Positions 22,355-32,054 of a stretch of 46,317 nt of DNA are shown piece after piece. The translations under genes and the position numbers were made by a program. Under the pieces are notes generated by a model. That model ran no database searches. It worked only from the letters and a program-made list of their open reading frames with translations, and was not told where the DNA came from. The stretch covers positions 1-46,317 of IMG/VR virus record IMGVR_UViG_3300045988_083108. One strand, given 5' to 3'. Origin of the DNA: a virus. Within the stretch, counting starts at the first letter, position 1. Each line of letters begins with the position of its first letter.

Positions 22355-23751
22355 CACTTATCACCGCCTAAGAAATCCGTCATGTGCTGAATTGCGTAGT
22401 TCACATTCTTGGCTTTGTCTTTGTCGTAACTCCAACTTAGCCACCTCTTAATGTTGTCCTTACCCTCAACAGTGTAAGTGCCGTCGTCATAGGATATGAA
22501 CCGAGTTCCGACACTCGCATCAAACGCAATTCTATTTGCTTTGCCGTCTTTCACGAAGTAAACCAGACCTGTTTCATCGCCAGAAATGATTGTAACATCA
22601 ATCTTGGTGATAAATCCGTCAATGTCAGGGAACATTTTCTTCCTGCCTTTGTAATCATACGCAAAGAAGTCAGCCTTGATTCCAGATATGTCTATTTCTT
22701 CATACTTACTGTCTCCGTAGTAATCTTCTCCGTGTTTTTCCGATTTTTTCTGTGGCGCTTTCTTTTTGCCGCTATTTCCCTCGACATAAGCCTTGTAGTC
22801 GTGAAATTCTTCAAGACAACTTATGCTCCAAAGAAATCCATTATACGTTGGATTGGAAAACGCCAATGTGTAAACGGTATCTTCGCCTTCGGAATAAATA
22901 CTTGTAATTTTACCAACTTCACCCGCCATACTAACCATACTGCTTGTTACTAAAGGCGATTTTATTTTTCGGCCATTCACAGTAGACCATATATACCCGC
23001 TTTTATCGCGCCTTTTCGCAATATCGCGCCTAACAGTTACAGTATCTCCGACCTTGAGAGGAAAAGACTGGGAAGATTCTGTCCCACTCTTTGCATTTGC
23101 TTCCTTTTTGTCTCTCCAAGCGTTAAATCCATCAAACATTGAAATATCCCATTGCCAACCATAATCTACGTCAGTAACAGCCAGATTGTAAACGTAACCG
23201 CCTACAATGCGCTCATCTGGTAAAGCCTCTGTAATAGTAGCAATACAGCCGCCAAATTTCTCCATTTGGTGCGCAACACCAGCACTTCCGAACTTCGTGC
23301 CGCAAATGCAAAATTTGTCAAAGCATTCTTTTAAATCTTTGCGGATTAAAACTTTTTGACCGACTTTCAGCGGTAATTCCCACTTAGCGCCATCGACTTC
23401 AGCAGAATTGTCGGAATTTTCTTCTTCCACTTTTTCAAGAAGCGCGTGTTTCCAAAACCATTCAGAATAGCTTCCATTGATTTTAAGTCTATACAGAGTG
23501 CTTAAAAGCAACGCTTCTGGTGGGCCTTGAATAATTTCTGTAACCTCTGCTATTTTACCAGCACACACAACCATGCCACCAGTAATTTTATAGCGTGAGT
23601 CCTCAGTTTGAATTTTGTTCGGGAATATCCTTGAGTACCTTCCAATATCTGTAGTCCTTAAAACAAACAGTCCTTTAATGTCTTGCCTTATTCTGACTTT
23701 ATCTCCCACCTTGAAAAGTTCGGTGTTGCAATTTTTAAGCAGTTCGTCCAT
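22354..23751 (-). CDS. 465-aa protein with three internal repeats of roughly 100 aa and a distinct C-terminal domain
   Basis: Repeats start at FKVGDKVRIRQDIK, LKVGQKVLIRKDLK and LKVGDTVTVRRDIA, each ending in Y.L......W....L/F.E/D.F/V; RBS aaaggaga. Confidence 0.7.
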   Translation of the reverse strand: MDELLKNCNTELFKVGDKVRIRQDIKGLFVLRTTDIGRYSRIFPNKIQTEDSRYKITGGMVVCAGKIAEVTEIIQGPPEALLLSTLYRLKINGSYSEWFWKHALLEKVEEENSDNSAEVDGAKWELPLKVGQKVLIRKDLKECFDKFCICGTKFGSAGVAHQMEKFGGCIATITEALPDERIVGGYVYNLAVTDVDYGWQWDISMFDGFNAWRDKKEANAKSGTESSQSFPLKVGDTVTVRRDIAKRRDKSGYIWSTVNGRKIKSPLVTSSMVSMAGEVGKITSIYSEGEDTVYTLAFSNPTYNGFLWSISCLEEFHDYKAYVEGNSGKKKAPQKKSEKHGEDYYGDSKYEEIDISGIKADFFAYDYKGRKKMFPDIDGFITKIDVTIISGDETGLVYFVKDGKANRIAFDASVGTRFISYDDGTYTVEGKDNIKRWLSWSYDKDKAKNVNYAIQHMTDFLGGDK

Positions 23752-23781
23752 GTCAAATCTCCTTTCTCTGGCTCTGGTATG

Positions 23782-23810
23782 ATTATACCGCGTCTCTCGC
23801 AGCGTGTGAA
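23782..23810 (-). promoter_or_regulatory. Promoter TTCACA-17-TATAAT
   Basis: Minus strand reads ttcaca cgctgcgagagacgcgg tataat. Confidence 0.55.
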
Positions 23811-23836
23811 TGGACAGATGTTGCAGGATTTATGGA

Positions 23837-24067
23837 TTATGAAAGCAAGCCGTACACGATTGCGCAATTTATAGCTGTAATAATAGCAAACGTGCCAATG
23901 ACAATCAGCAGCGTATCGCATTTTTTCATCAAGTCACAAAATTTCGTTCCGTACCCGCTGCTTTCACCAATCAAGTTCAAAGTAATGCACAGGAGCATGA
24001 GAATAAGACAATTTAAAAATATCATAAAACCAGCAATGGAAATTGCCTTAAAAATTTCAGCGCTCAT
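23837..24067 (-). CDS. Membrane protein, 76 aa
   Basis: ORF, ATGA overlap with the upstream gene; 2-3 hydrophobic helices. Confidence 0.6.
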   Translation of the reverse strand: MSAEIFKAISIAGFMIFLNCLILMLLCITLNLIGESSGYGTKFCDLMKKCDTLLIVIGTFAIITAINCAIVYGLLS

Positions 24068-25107
24068 TCAAAAATCTCCTTTGCCTTAGCTTCCCGGCGC
24101 TCACTTGGAGTGCCCGGATTCCAGTTGTTTGCATAACCTTTGATTACATTCTGCCACACATAGCCGTCACCGCCACGCACAGGCATCCAAAAACGGTCTG
24201 CGCAGTTATCGCAAATATTTTTCCACGCTTCAAGGAACTTGCTTAAATAGGCTTCTCTCGCGCTCTCACGGTATAGTGCATTGTCGAGCCAATAGTCAAA
24301 CGCCCCTTCCATTGTGAGAGTGGCAGTTCCGTGGTCTGTGCCACATTGCATCGAAAACGGAACTTCTTCTCTAATCGCCATGCCGTATGCCTTACCAAGA
24401 AGCGCTGCTATCAACAATTTGATGTCCTTATCATCCATATCTGTTAAATTTTTAACAAGCGGCTTTTTCTTTACAATGCCTGCGGCGCTATTTTCCTCGC
24501 TATCGCTCGTAGGCTGACAGGGAAAAGTAAATGGGTCATTCCCTGTTATTTCTCTGCTAATATCCCAAAGAGATTTTGTTTTTTTATTTCTCACCGATTC
24601 CGCAGGAATTGGTGCATCGCTTGCGTACGAATCGGTTTGTTGAGAAATATTAGCTCTAATCTTACTGTTTTCTAACTTACTATTTTTGGTTGCGTGTCGA
24701 GGGACAACCCCGTTGTTCTTCGAGGGACAACCCCCATCTGCTGTTTCAAGCAAAGAAAAATACTTCTTCGTCAGATGAATGTATGTGTAAGTTCCAAATT
24801 CGTCTTTCTCTACAAGCATTTTAACAAGTCCGAAGTGCTCAATTTTCTTAAATCTTGCGGCAACGGCTCTTTTGGTTGTGTTCAGAATCGGCAAATCTTC
24901 CACGATTTTCTTGTAGCTGATATATGCGTATTCTTCATCATTTACCTTTTTCTTGTTCATTCTGGGATAAAAGTGCAATAGCCATTGAAGAATAAGCGTG
25001 TCAGCCGCGTCAATTCTAACTTCGTGCGGCTTTTTGTCTTTGCCAATCATAACGTCAACCATGCACGCAAGTTCTTCTTGCGGAAAACCATTTACGAATT
25101 TCATCAT
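24064..25107 (-). CDS. Winged-helix N-terminal domain protein, 347 aa
   Basis: Start moved to ATG 25107 (RBS ggaga). The ISYKKIVEDLPILNTTKRAVAARFKKIEHFGLV segment is wHTH-like. Confidence 0.6.
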   Translation of the reverse strand: MMKFVNGFPQEELACMVDVMIGKDKKPHEVRIDAADTLILQWLLHFYPRMNKKKVNDEEYAYISYKKIVEDLPILNTTKRAVAARFKKIEHFGLVKMLVEKDEFGTYTYIHLTKKYFSLLETADGGCPSKNNGVVPRHATKNSKLENSKIRANISQQTDSYASDAPIPAESVRNKKTKSLWDISREITGNDPFTFPCQPTSDSEENSAAGIVKKKPLVKNLTDMDDKDIKLLIAALLGKAYGMAIREEVPFSMQCGTDHGTATLTMEGAFDYWLDNALYRESAREAYLSKFLEAWKNICDNCADRFWMPVRGGDGYVWQNVIKGYANNWNPGTPSERREAKAKEIFE

Positions 25108-25245
25108 GTTGATATATCTCCAAATAGTCAAAAAAGCCATTACTGGACGCAAATGCGGTACGCCCCGTAATGACTTCTTTGATAGATTCTATTCAGTTTT
25201 TGCGGCCTTGTTCAGACCGCATTTCCGAACAGAACCCATATCTGT

Positions 25246-25274
25246 ATTATAGCAGATGGAAACGGAAAAGTCAA
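25246..25274 (-). promoter_or_regulatory. Promoter TTGACT-17-TATAAT immediately after the terL stop
   Basis: Minus strand reads ttgact tttccgtttccatctgc tataat. Confidence 0.65.
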
Positions 25275-25279
25275 TAGGT

Positions 25280-26989
25280 TTAGAAAGGTCTTTTGAAAGC
25301 AGTAACCTTGCATCCAACTATTGTTTGTACGAAAATTGACAGCTGACTGCAACTGTCGCAGAAATCATCATGGTTATTCTTGGCAAGCTGTGAATATGAC
25401 CACATTTCGCGCATGGCAGCGCCGTATTCGCTTCCAGCTTCGTACATGCTCTCATGCTTGAAAAAGAAGTGTTTTTTGATATAGTCTGACTGCGTAAGGA
25501 TTTTTGTCTGCTTGTTTGCTGTCGTTAGTTTCGTTCTGATTGAAGTGTGCGCCCCAATTACTTGCAGTTCTTTTTCAATATGTTCCGCAATCATCAATCC
25601 TTGGTTGTTTGATTCCACCTGATTGATTGATATTTTGTGCTTTTTGCATTTCTGCGCAATCTCTGGGACAACCACAGTCGGCAAGGCAGAGTTATAAACG
25701 ACATCTTCGATGTAAACATCTTCTCCGTAGATATATCCTACCGGCATTGATGTAAAGTCACCGCCACCAAGAGCCGTATCTGTGACGGACAAAATTGCGT
25801 CCGGTTCAATGCCTTGCGGAAGCTCCATATAGTATTGAAGCGTGTCTTTTTGGAAGATAGCGCCACGGGTTTCGATGGGCTGCTGCTGAAATTCAGATGC
25901 CCACTGGCTTTCTAGTGTTAGTTTTCGCTCGTTTCTGTAATATTCAGTGCTGAAACCAAGACCGTATTTGTAACGGAAGTTTGATTCGTCTGTAACGGGG
26001 TCAAGCGCTGGCACTTCGACAATCTTCACACGCCAACCAAGCTGTTTGCCCATTTCTTGCAAATGACCGATAGGGTCATGAATAGAATACCGAGTTCCGA
26101 TAATGATAATCGGAACACCCTCTTTTCGTCTGCCAAGCACATCGCCGCGGATTTTGTTCCACAGCAAGTCAAGGCGAGCGTAGTTGTTCGCTTCCTCAAA
26201 GCCACTCACGGGGTCGTCAATCGAAAGAAAGTTACTTGCTTCCGTAGCGCCCGTCAGTTTGCCGTCAATGGAACGGCATGTTATTGTGGGGAAACGCTTT
26301 TTTGAGTTCAAGTCGATTGACTTTAACTCCGCGTTAGTGTTCGCAATGGTTGCTCCCGGGAAAACATCCCAATAATTATAAGTTGCCCTGTCTTGCATGA
26401 TTTCAAGGCAACCGTCATAGAACGATTTTACAAGCTGGTCGCCTTGTCCTGTCAATAGAATTGACTTGTCCGGGTACATTCCAGCACGCCAAATTGAGAA
26501 CAAAATCGAACCAAGTTGCGATTTTCCGCATCTTTTCGGCATGGAAACCGTCAAAAGGTCTAGCTTTCCGTCCGCTATGTCTTGATACCCGTCAACAATC
26601 TTTTTTAGCTGGTTCTTTCTTGGTGCGTAGAAACGCTTATCTGGTCTGCGGTCAAACTCCAAGTAAAGCAAGAAACTGTCAAAATATTTATGAGCCAAAA
26701 ACAGAAGCGAACTCTTAGTTAGGACAAGCCACTTTCGTTTGTCGTCAATGTCTCGCGCATTTGCCGCGTTGAACAGACAGGCGTTGTAAACTTCCATGCC
26801 TTTCTTAAAGGCATACTCCGCTTCTGCTGTTTTTGTTTCATAGCTGCCGTCATCTTTTGCGGTTGCGTTTGCACAGGCAGAAAGCAATGCTTCCGCAAGT
26901 CGAATGTCTTTCGGGTTCTCTTTCAGCAGCTTGGAAAACGAAGCGATTCGCTTATGGTCGTTAATCTGTTGTTGTCTTTGCATTTGCAA
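25280..26989 (-). CDS. terL: Terminase large subunit
   Basis: 569 aa; ATPase region MPKRCGKSQL (Walker A-like) and LSIDDP (Walker B-like); C-terminal nuclease-type domain; size and context. Confidence 0.8.
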   Translation of the reverse strand: MQMQRQQQINDHKRIASFSKLLKENPKDIRLAEALLSACANATAKDDGSYETKTAEAEYAFKKGMEVYNACLFNAANARDIDDKRKWLVLTKSSLLFLAHKYFDSFLLYLEFDRRPDKRFYAPRKNQLKKIVDGYQDIADGKLDLLTVSMPKRCGKSQLGSILFSIWRAGMYPDKSILLTGQGDQLVKSFYDGCLEIMQDRATYNYWDVFPGATIANTNAELKSIDLNSKKRFPTITCRSIDGKLTGATEASNFLSIDDPVSGFEEANNYARLDLLWNKIRGDVLGRRKEGVPIIIIGTRYSIHDPIGHLQEMGKQLGWRVKIVEVPALDPVTDESNFRYKYGLGFSTEYYRNERKLTLESQWASEFQQQPIETRGAIFQKDTLQYYMELPQGIEPDAILSVTDTALGGGDFTSMPVGYIYGEDVYIEDVVYNSALPTVVVPEIAQKCKKHKISINQVESNNQGLMIAEHIEKELQVIGAHTSIRTKLTTANKQTKILTQSDYIKKHFFFKHESMYEAGSEYGAAMREMWSYSQLAKNNHDDFCDSCSQLSIFVQTIVGCKVTAFKRPF

Positions 26990-27212
26990 CCACCTCTTTA
27001 GGAACTTGAATCAGTTTTCCGCAATGCGGACAAGCTATAAACAGCTTTTCGCCTCGGTAAAGAATCCATTGTTTTACTTCTTCCTCAATGAACCAGTAGT
27101 TACCTCTAACTCCATGCCTTGGCATACCCATTGCAACATACTTGCTAATTGTTGTGCTCGAACCGTAGCCCTTGAAAGTCAATTCCTTGGCCGTGAGTGG
27201 CTTAATTTCCAC
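26961..27212 (-). CDS. MerR/excisionase-type HTH plus zinc-ribbon protein upstream of terL (second TerS candidate)
   Basis: LTAKELTFKGYGSSTTISKYVAMGMP...YWFIEEEVKQW HTH_17-like pattern; CPHCG; GTG start; 29-nt overlap with terL. Confidence 0.5.
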   Translation of the reverse strand: MEIKPLTAKELTFKGYGSSTTISKYVAMGMPRHGVRGNYWFIEEEVKQWILYRGEKLFIACPHCGKLIQVPKEVVANAKTTTD

Positions 27213-27246
27213 TTTGTCAACCCCTTTCCATGATGTTTATGGCTTA

Positions 27247-27275
27247 ATTATAACTTATGACGGCAACTTTTTCAA
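27247..27275 (-). promoter_or_regulatory. Promoter TTGAAA-17-TATAAT for the leftward terminase block
   Basis: Minus strand reads ttgaaa aagttgccgtcataagt tataat. Confidence 0.65.
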
Positions 27276-27302
27276 GTGCGAGAGCAAACTATGGCAAGAT
27301 TG

Positions 27303-27331
27303 TTGCGCGTAGGCCGAAAATAAATTATTAT
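27303..27331 (+). promoter_or_regulatory. Weak candidate promoter TTGCGC-17-TATTAT ahead of the portal gene
   Basis: Read directly; poorer match than the others. Confidence 0.3.
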
Positions 27332-27357
27332 GTAAGCAAGCAAATGGGGGTGAACTA

Positions 27358-29040
27358 ATGCTTAATAAAGGCCGAAATAGAATCTATTCTTCTTATGAAC
27401 CGGATGAGATTGACGCTGTTGCAGTTGCCCGGATTCTGGCTGATGCGATTCCTGTTCACCTTAACAATGCTCAAGACATTGACTATTTGCATAATTATAC
27501 AAAGGGTATTCAGCCTGTACTTGACCGCACAAAAGAAGTGCGCCCGGAAATCAACAATAAAATTGTTGAGAACCATGCGTATGAGATTGTTGAGTTTAAG
27601 ACCGGCTATTGTTTTGGCTCTCCTGTAACCTATGTTGCAAGGGCTAAAAACGATGATAATGTTCAGACGGCAGATTATACTACCAACAAAAAAGAACCGT
27701 CAGAGCAGCCCTCTAAGCCGCGCAAACGCGGCAATGAGGACAAGGTGAACAAGCTGAATACGCTTTGCCTTAACGATGACAAGCCGAATACAGACAGAGA
27801 GCTTGCTGACTGGATTTTTGAGTGTGGCGTTGGCTATAAGGCTACTTTCCCGCTTTCCGCTTCCGCTATGCGCAGAAAGGAAAAGTCTGCACCGCCGTTC
27901 CATACATCCGTGCTTGACCCGCGAAACACTTTCTGCGTGTATAGCACAAACATGGAGCACTCAAAACTTCTAAGTTGCAGTTATCACAGGAAGCACGGCT
28001 CCGGTCAGATTGACACGGTTGAAATCGTTGCCTATACGGATGATAACGTGTACACGACATCGCTTCCGTATTCAATGCCCGTTGCTGATGACAGTGACCA
28101 GTCAACATCTTGGATGGACATTGTTGTCAGTGGGACAACCCAATTTGAAGTTGCGCCCAATCCTATGGGGATTAACCCGATTGTTGAGTATGACGCTAAC
28201 ACTTCACGATTGGGTTCTTTTGAGCCTGTTATCGAACTTCTTGACGCGCTGAACGAAACAGTTTCAAACCGCGTTGATGGTGTAGAGCAGTTTGTGCAGA
28301 GCTTCATCAAGTTCATTAACTGCGACATTGACGAAGATACCTTTAAGGCGATGAAAGAACTTGGCGCTATCAAGGTTCAGTCAAATGGTCAGTACACTGC
28401 GGATGTTGACATCATCACAAGCGAACTGAATCAAGACCAGACACAGACGCTTGTCGAGGATATGTACAACAAGGTTCTTGCCATTGCTGGTGTGCCTGAT
28501 AGACGCGCTTCCGCTGGCGGTAACACTGGTCAAGCACTTATTATCGGTCAAGGTTGGACAAATGCAGAGAGCCGCGCATTGAGCTTTGAGAAGATGTTCT
28601 TCAAGAGCGAGCGGGAAACCATTCTTGTGACCTTGAAGATTCTGCAAAGCTATCCGCAATTCAAAGTTACAGGTCTTGAAACAGCAGATATTGACATCAA
28701 GTTCACTCGGAACAGAACTGACAATCTGCTGAACAAGAGCCAAGTGCTTTTGAATCTGCTTCAAGCTGGCGTGCATCCGCTTGGCGCAATTTCTCTTAGT
28801 GACATCACCAGCGACCCGGAGAACCTTTATGCAATGAGCGAGGAATTTATTATTCCCAAGTGGAAAGTAGATAACACGCAGCAAGAGGAACGCACCGGAA
28901 CTGATGACATGACAAATAAAAAGCAGGACGCTGACAGCGCAAAGAACGCACAGCGCAATGCCAAAGCTAATGATACGACAACTTCTGGCGATAACAACGC
29001 ACAGAACGATGCAATCAACAAGGCTAAATCGGAGCAATAA
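27358..29040 (+). CDS. Portal protein (SPP1 Gp6-like)
   Basis: 560 aa. YLHNYTKGIQPVLDRTKEVRPEINNKIVENHAYEIVEFKTGY is the N-terminal pattern of SPP1-type portals. Confidence 0.8.
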   Translation: MLNKGRNRIYSSYEPDEIDAVAVARILADAIPVHLNNAQDIDYLHNYTKGIQPVLDRTKEVRPEINNKIVENHAYEIVEFKTGYCFGSPVTYVARAKNDDNVQTADYTTNKKEPSEQPSKPRKRGNEDKVNKLNTLCLNDDKPNTDRELADWIFECGVGYKATFPLSASAMRRKEKSAPPFHTSVLDPRNTFCVYSTNMEHSKLLSCSYHRKHGSGQIDTVEIVAYTDDNVYTTSLPYSMPVADDSDQSTSWMDIVVSGTTQFEVAPNPMGINPIVEYDANTSRLGSFEPVIELLDALNETVSNRVDGVEQFVQSFIKFINCDIDEDTFKAMKELGAIKVQSNGQYTADVDIITSELNQDQTQTLVEDMYNKVLAIAGVPDRRASAGGNTGQALIIGQGWTNAESRALSFEKMFFKSERETILVTLKILQSYPQFKVTGLETADIDIKFTRNRTDNLLNKSQVLLNLLQAGVHPLGAISLSDITSDPENLYAMSEEFIIPKWKVDNTQQEERTGTDDMTNKKQDADSAKNAQRNAKANDTTTSGDNNAQNDAINKAKSEQ

Positions 29041-29134
29041 CTCTGATTTAAGATATTTCGCCTATCTTGCTGGCGTTTAACTGCAAGAGACTGTGGATTC
29101 ACAACACGTTTAAACAGTGGAAAGGAAAACTCTT

Positions 29135-29716
29135 ATGGCATTTGACTTTACCGCAATCTTTGGCGACGCAGAGAGCATGACCAAAGAGCAACTTGAAACC
29201 GCGCTTCAACAAAAGGGCATTAAGCTGGCAGACCTCGGCACTGGCAAGTATGTTGACGCTGGCAAGTATCAGAACGCTGTATCTGAACTAGACCAACTGA
29301 AACAGAACAAAATGACCGATGCAGAGAAGCAAGCCGCTGACATTGCTGCTATCAAGGCACAAAACGCAGCGCTCATGAAAGACCGGCGCAAGAGTAAGAT
29401 TGAATCTGAACTTGCGAAGAACGGCATTAAAGCAGATGGGTATTCCAAGCTGATTGACAAGTTCTCCGACATGGAAGATGAAGATGCGATGGCTGGCGCT
29501 CAAACCATCATCGACACCTACAACGCTGAGAAGGAGAGTATCACAACTCAAATTCGGCAGGAACTCATGCAAGGCATGAAACAACCCTCTGGTGGCGGTT
29601 CTGGCGATGGTCAGAAAGAGTTCTCCAAGATGACCATGCAGGAACGGATGGAGCTTAAACAGAGAAACCCTGAACTGTACAAAGCCGAATCCGCGAAATT
29701 GGCGAAACACTTCTAA
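29135..29716 (+). CDS. Scaffolding protein
   Basis: Start moved to ATG 29135; helical and charged; lies between portal and capsid genes. Confidence 0.6.
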   Translation: MAFDFTAIFGDAESMTKEQLETALQQKGIKLADLGTGKYVDAGKYQNAVSELDQLKQNKMTDAEKQAADIAAIKAQNAALMKDRRKSKIESELAKNGIKADGYSKLIDKFSDMEDEDAMAGAQTIIDTYNAEKESITTQIRQELMQGMKQPSGGGSGDGQKEFSKMTMQERMELKQRNPELYKAESAKLAKHF

Positions 29717-29743
29717 ATCTAAGTTAAAGAGAGGAATCAGACA

Positions 29744-30766
29744 ATGGCTGTTACTGGTACTTTTGGTGGTTTCTACTTCGACCCCGATGTTTTCACTGAT
29801 TACATCCAAGAGGTAGACCCCGTACACACTTCAATCATCAATTCTGGCGTTCTGCGCGTGTCTCCTGACATTTCCGCAGTTCTGACCGATAAGAACAATG
29901 TTTTCACTGTTCCCAACTACGCGCCCCTGTCTGGCGATGCTAAGAACTATGACGGCGAGACAGACAACACTCCTGTTGAGGTTTCTTCTAACAAGCAGAC
30001 CGGCATGGCGTTCCGCCGCATGGCCGCTTGGAAAGACCAAGACTTCACTCGTGAGCTGACCGGCGCTGACCCTCTGGGCGATGTTGCTCGCAAGGTTGCT
30101 TACTACCAGCAGAAGAACAACCAGAAAGAGCTGCTGGCCGTTGTTGACGGTGTTCTGGGCGTTTCCGGCATGAACACTCACGTCAAGGACATTTCCGCAA
30201 GCAAGGGTAGCCAGACAACTGCCACTGCCACTGCCGAAAACCGCCTGTCCGGCGATACTTTCCTTGATGCTGCGCAGGAAGCTCTGGGTGACAACTTCGA
30301 TGACCTGACCATGGTTGCTATGCACTCTCGCGTGTACACCAACCTGCTGAAGCTGCAACTGGTCAACAACATTGCTACCACTCCCGGCGCTTATAGCCGT
30401 GGCGTTCAATTCGGTCTGCTGCTGAACAAGTATCTGGTTATGGTCGATGACAGTCTGACAACTGGCACTAAGGACGGCCTGACCACCTACAACACCTACC
30501 TGCTTGGTGAGGGCGCTATCGCTACTGCTCGGAATGTCCGCATTGACCGTCCGAACTATGTCGATTACGACCCCGAGAGCAATGGCGGCGTGAACAAGCT
30601 GTACAGCAAGTGGGGTATGGCTCTGCATCCGCTGGGAATGTCTATTGACACGACCCAGATTGCTAAGAACTCTCCCACCCGTACAGAGCTTGGCACTGCT
30701 GCTAACTGGACTAAGGTTTGGGACGCAAAGAACATCAAGCTGGCTAAGATTGTCTCTAACGGCTAA
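29744..30766 (+). CDS. Major capsid protein
   Basis: 340 aa; position after the scaffold gene; strongly biased codon usage and a long antisense shadow ORF. Confidence 0.7.
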   Translation: MAVTGTFGGFYFDPDVFTDYIQEVDPVHTSIINSGVLRVSPDISAVLTDKNNVFTVPNYAPLSGDAKNYDGETDNTPVEVSSNKQTGMAFRRMAAWKDQDFTRELTGADPLGDVARKVAYYQQKNNQKELLAVVDGVLGVSGMNTHVKDISASKGSQTTATATAENRLSGDTFLDAAQEALGDNFDDLTMVAMHSRVYTNLLKLQLVNNIATTPGAYSRGVQFGLLLNKYLVMVDDSLTTGTKDGLTTYNTYLLGEGAIATARNVRIDRPNYVDYDPESNGGVNKLYSKWGMALHPLGMSIDTTQIAKNSPTRTELGTAANWTKVWDAKNIKLAKIVSNG

Positions 30767-30799
30767 TCTAAGTCGGTATTAAGGAGTGAGAACAGAGTT

Positions 30800-31135
30800 A
30801 TGGAAGAAAAACTTCAGCAGTTGAAAATCATGCTCGGCATTGATGGCACAGACGAAGATGAACTCCTGACTCTGTTGCTCACTAAAGCTGGCGAGAAAAT
30901 CGTCGGTACGGTATATCCATATCAAGATACATCTAATATTGAAGTACCGTACAGATACGGTTTCCTGCAACTGGAAGTTGCGGAGCGTATGTACAACTTG
31001 AGAGGTGCGGAAGGCGAGAAAGAGCACATCGAGAACGGAGTTCATCGTACTTATGAAAGCATCGAGGACTTCATTAGAAACAACGTTGTGGCCTTTTGCG
31101 GCGTTCCTACGGTGAAAACAGATGCGCAGCCTTGA
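30800..31135 (+). CDS. Head-tail connector (gp6-like) protein
   Basis: LKIMLGIDGTDEDELLTLLLTKAGEKI is the typical N-terminus of this family. Confidence 0.6.
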   Translation: MEEKLQQLKIMLGIDGTDEDELLTLLLTKAGEKIVGTVYPYQDTSNIEVPYRYGFLQLEVAERMYNLRGAEGEKEHIENGVHRTYESIEDFIRNNVVAFCGVPTVKTDAQP

Positions 31136-31466
31136 AAAAAACAAGCGTAGCGTCTGGTTCTCAAATCCTGTTGTGTCTGGCGAAGATGAAACGGGCAACG
31201 ATGTATTAACATACAGCGACCCGATTCACGCCATGCTCAACATCTCCGCGCCAACGGGCTACGCATATGGAACAGAAAACGGCATGTGGCTTGGTTATGA
31301 TTATGTCATAACTGTGACTTGCAAAGAGTTTGGGTTACTGAACTTTGTAGAGGGGAAAACTCTTGTATGGCACAATAAGACACCGCAGGACGGCTCTGCC
31401 AACTTGATTGTTGACAGAGTTGCGGATAGCATAAATCAAGTCAGAATCGGTTTGAAGCATAGGTGA
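31122..31466 (+). CDS. Head-tail adaptor/head-closure candidate
   Basis: Size and position. Confidence 0.45.
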   Translation: MRSLEKNKRSVWFSNPVVSGEDETGNDVLTYSDPIHAMLNISAPTGYAYGTENGMWLGYDYVITVTCKEFGLLNFVEGKTLVWHNKTPQDGSANLIVDRVADSINQVRIGLKHR

Positions 31467-31471
31467 TTCCA

Positions 31472-32053
31472 ATGCCTAGTGTAAGGCGAGTATGGCTCGG
31501 AACAAAGGGAATAAAAGAGCTTGTGAAACAATATGACATCATGGCAAAGGATATTCAGAAATACACTGAATCCGCGCATGATTATGTTGTAGAACGCGCT
31601 AAAGCTGAATACTCCGACAGGCTTGCGGACGCGGATGGCGTGGACGTTGAGTGGCAGTCAACTGGCAAGAGTTACCGCGCACGAATTTACAATCACGACA
31701 TCAACGCAAAGTTTGTTGAGTATGGCACTGGTCTTAACGGTGTTGGTACATTCCCCGGTGGAAGCCCGAACCCAGAGGGCGGAACTTGGAATTATAATTC
31801 CGGCAAGCACTCCGGCAAGGACGAATATATTACAATGCAGAATGGAAAGATACTGCACGTTCCTTACGGACAGTGGATTCCACCCGGGGATATGCCATAC
31901 ACAGACCCAAAAACAGGTCAAAAGCACATTTTCACTTGCGGTCAAAAGGCTCAAGCGCCTATGTATCTGACCGTTCAAGAAGTCAAGAAAAATATGCCTA
32001 CATGGGTTCGCACATCTTTCGCGCAACATGGAATCCAGCTAAAGGAGAAGTAA
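31472..32053 (+). CDS. Neck/tail-joining protein candidate (HK97 gp10-like position)
   Basis: Start moved to ATG 31472 (RBS taggtg). Confidence 0.45.
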   Translation: MPSVRRVWLGTKGIKELVKQYDIMAKDIQKYTESAHDYVVERAKAEYSDRLADADGVDVEWQSTGKSYRARIYNHDINAKFVEYGTGLNGVGTFPGGSPNPEGGTWNYNSGKHSGKDEYITMQNGKILHVPYGQWIPPGDMPYTDPKTGQKHIFTCGQKAQAPMYLTVQEVKKNMPTWVRTSFAQHGIQLKEK

Positions 32054-32054
32054 G

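Noticed and set aside
29831-30628. Long minus-strand ORFs inside the capsid gene (265 aa), the tape-measure gene (35321-36322, 333 aa), the tail fibre (41452-41982) and the AAA+/vWA genes (13385-13969, 14704-15318)
   Set aside because: All lie antisense to strongly supported genes with codon-biased, stop-poor sequence. None has an RBS or a recognisable motif. They are typical shadow ORFs.
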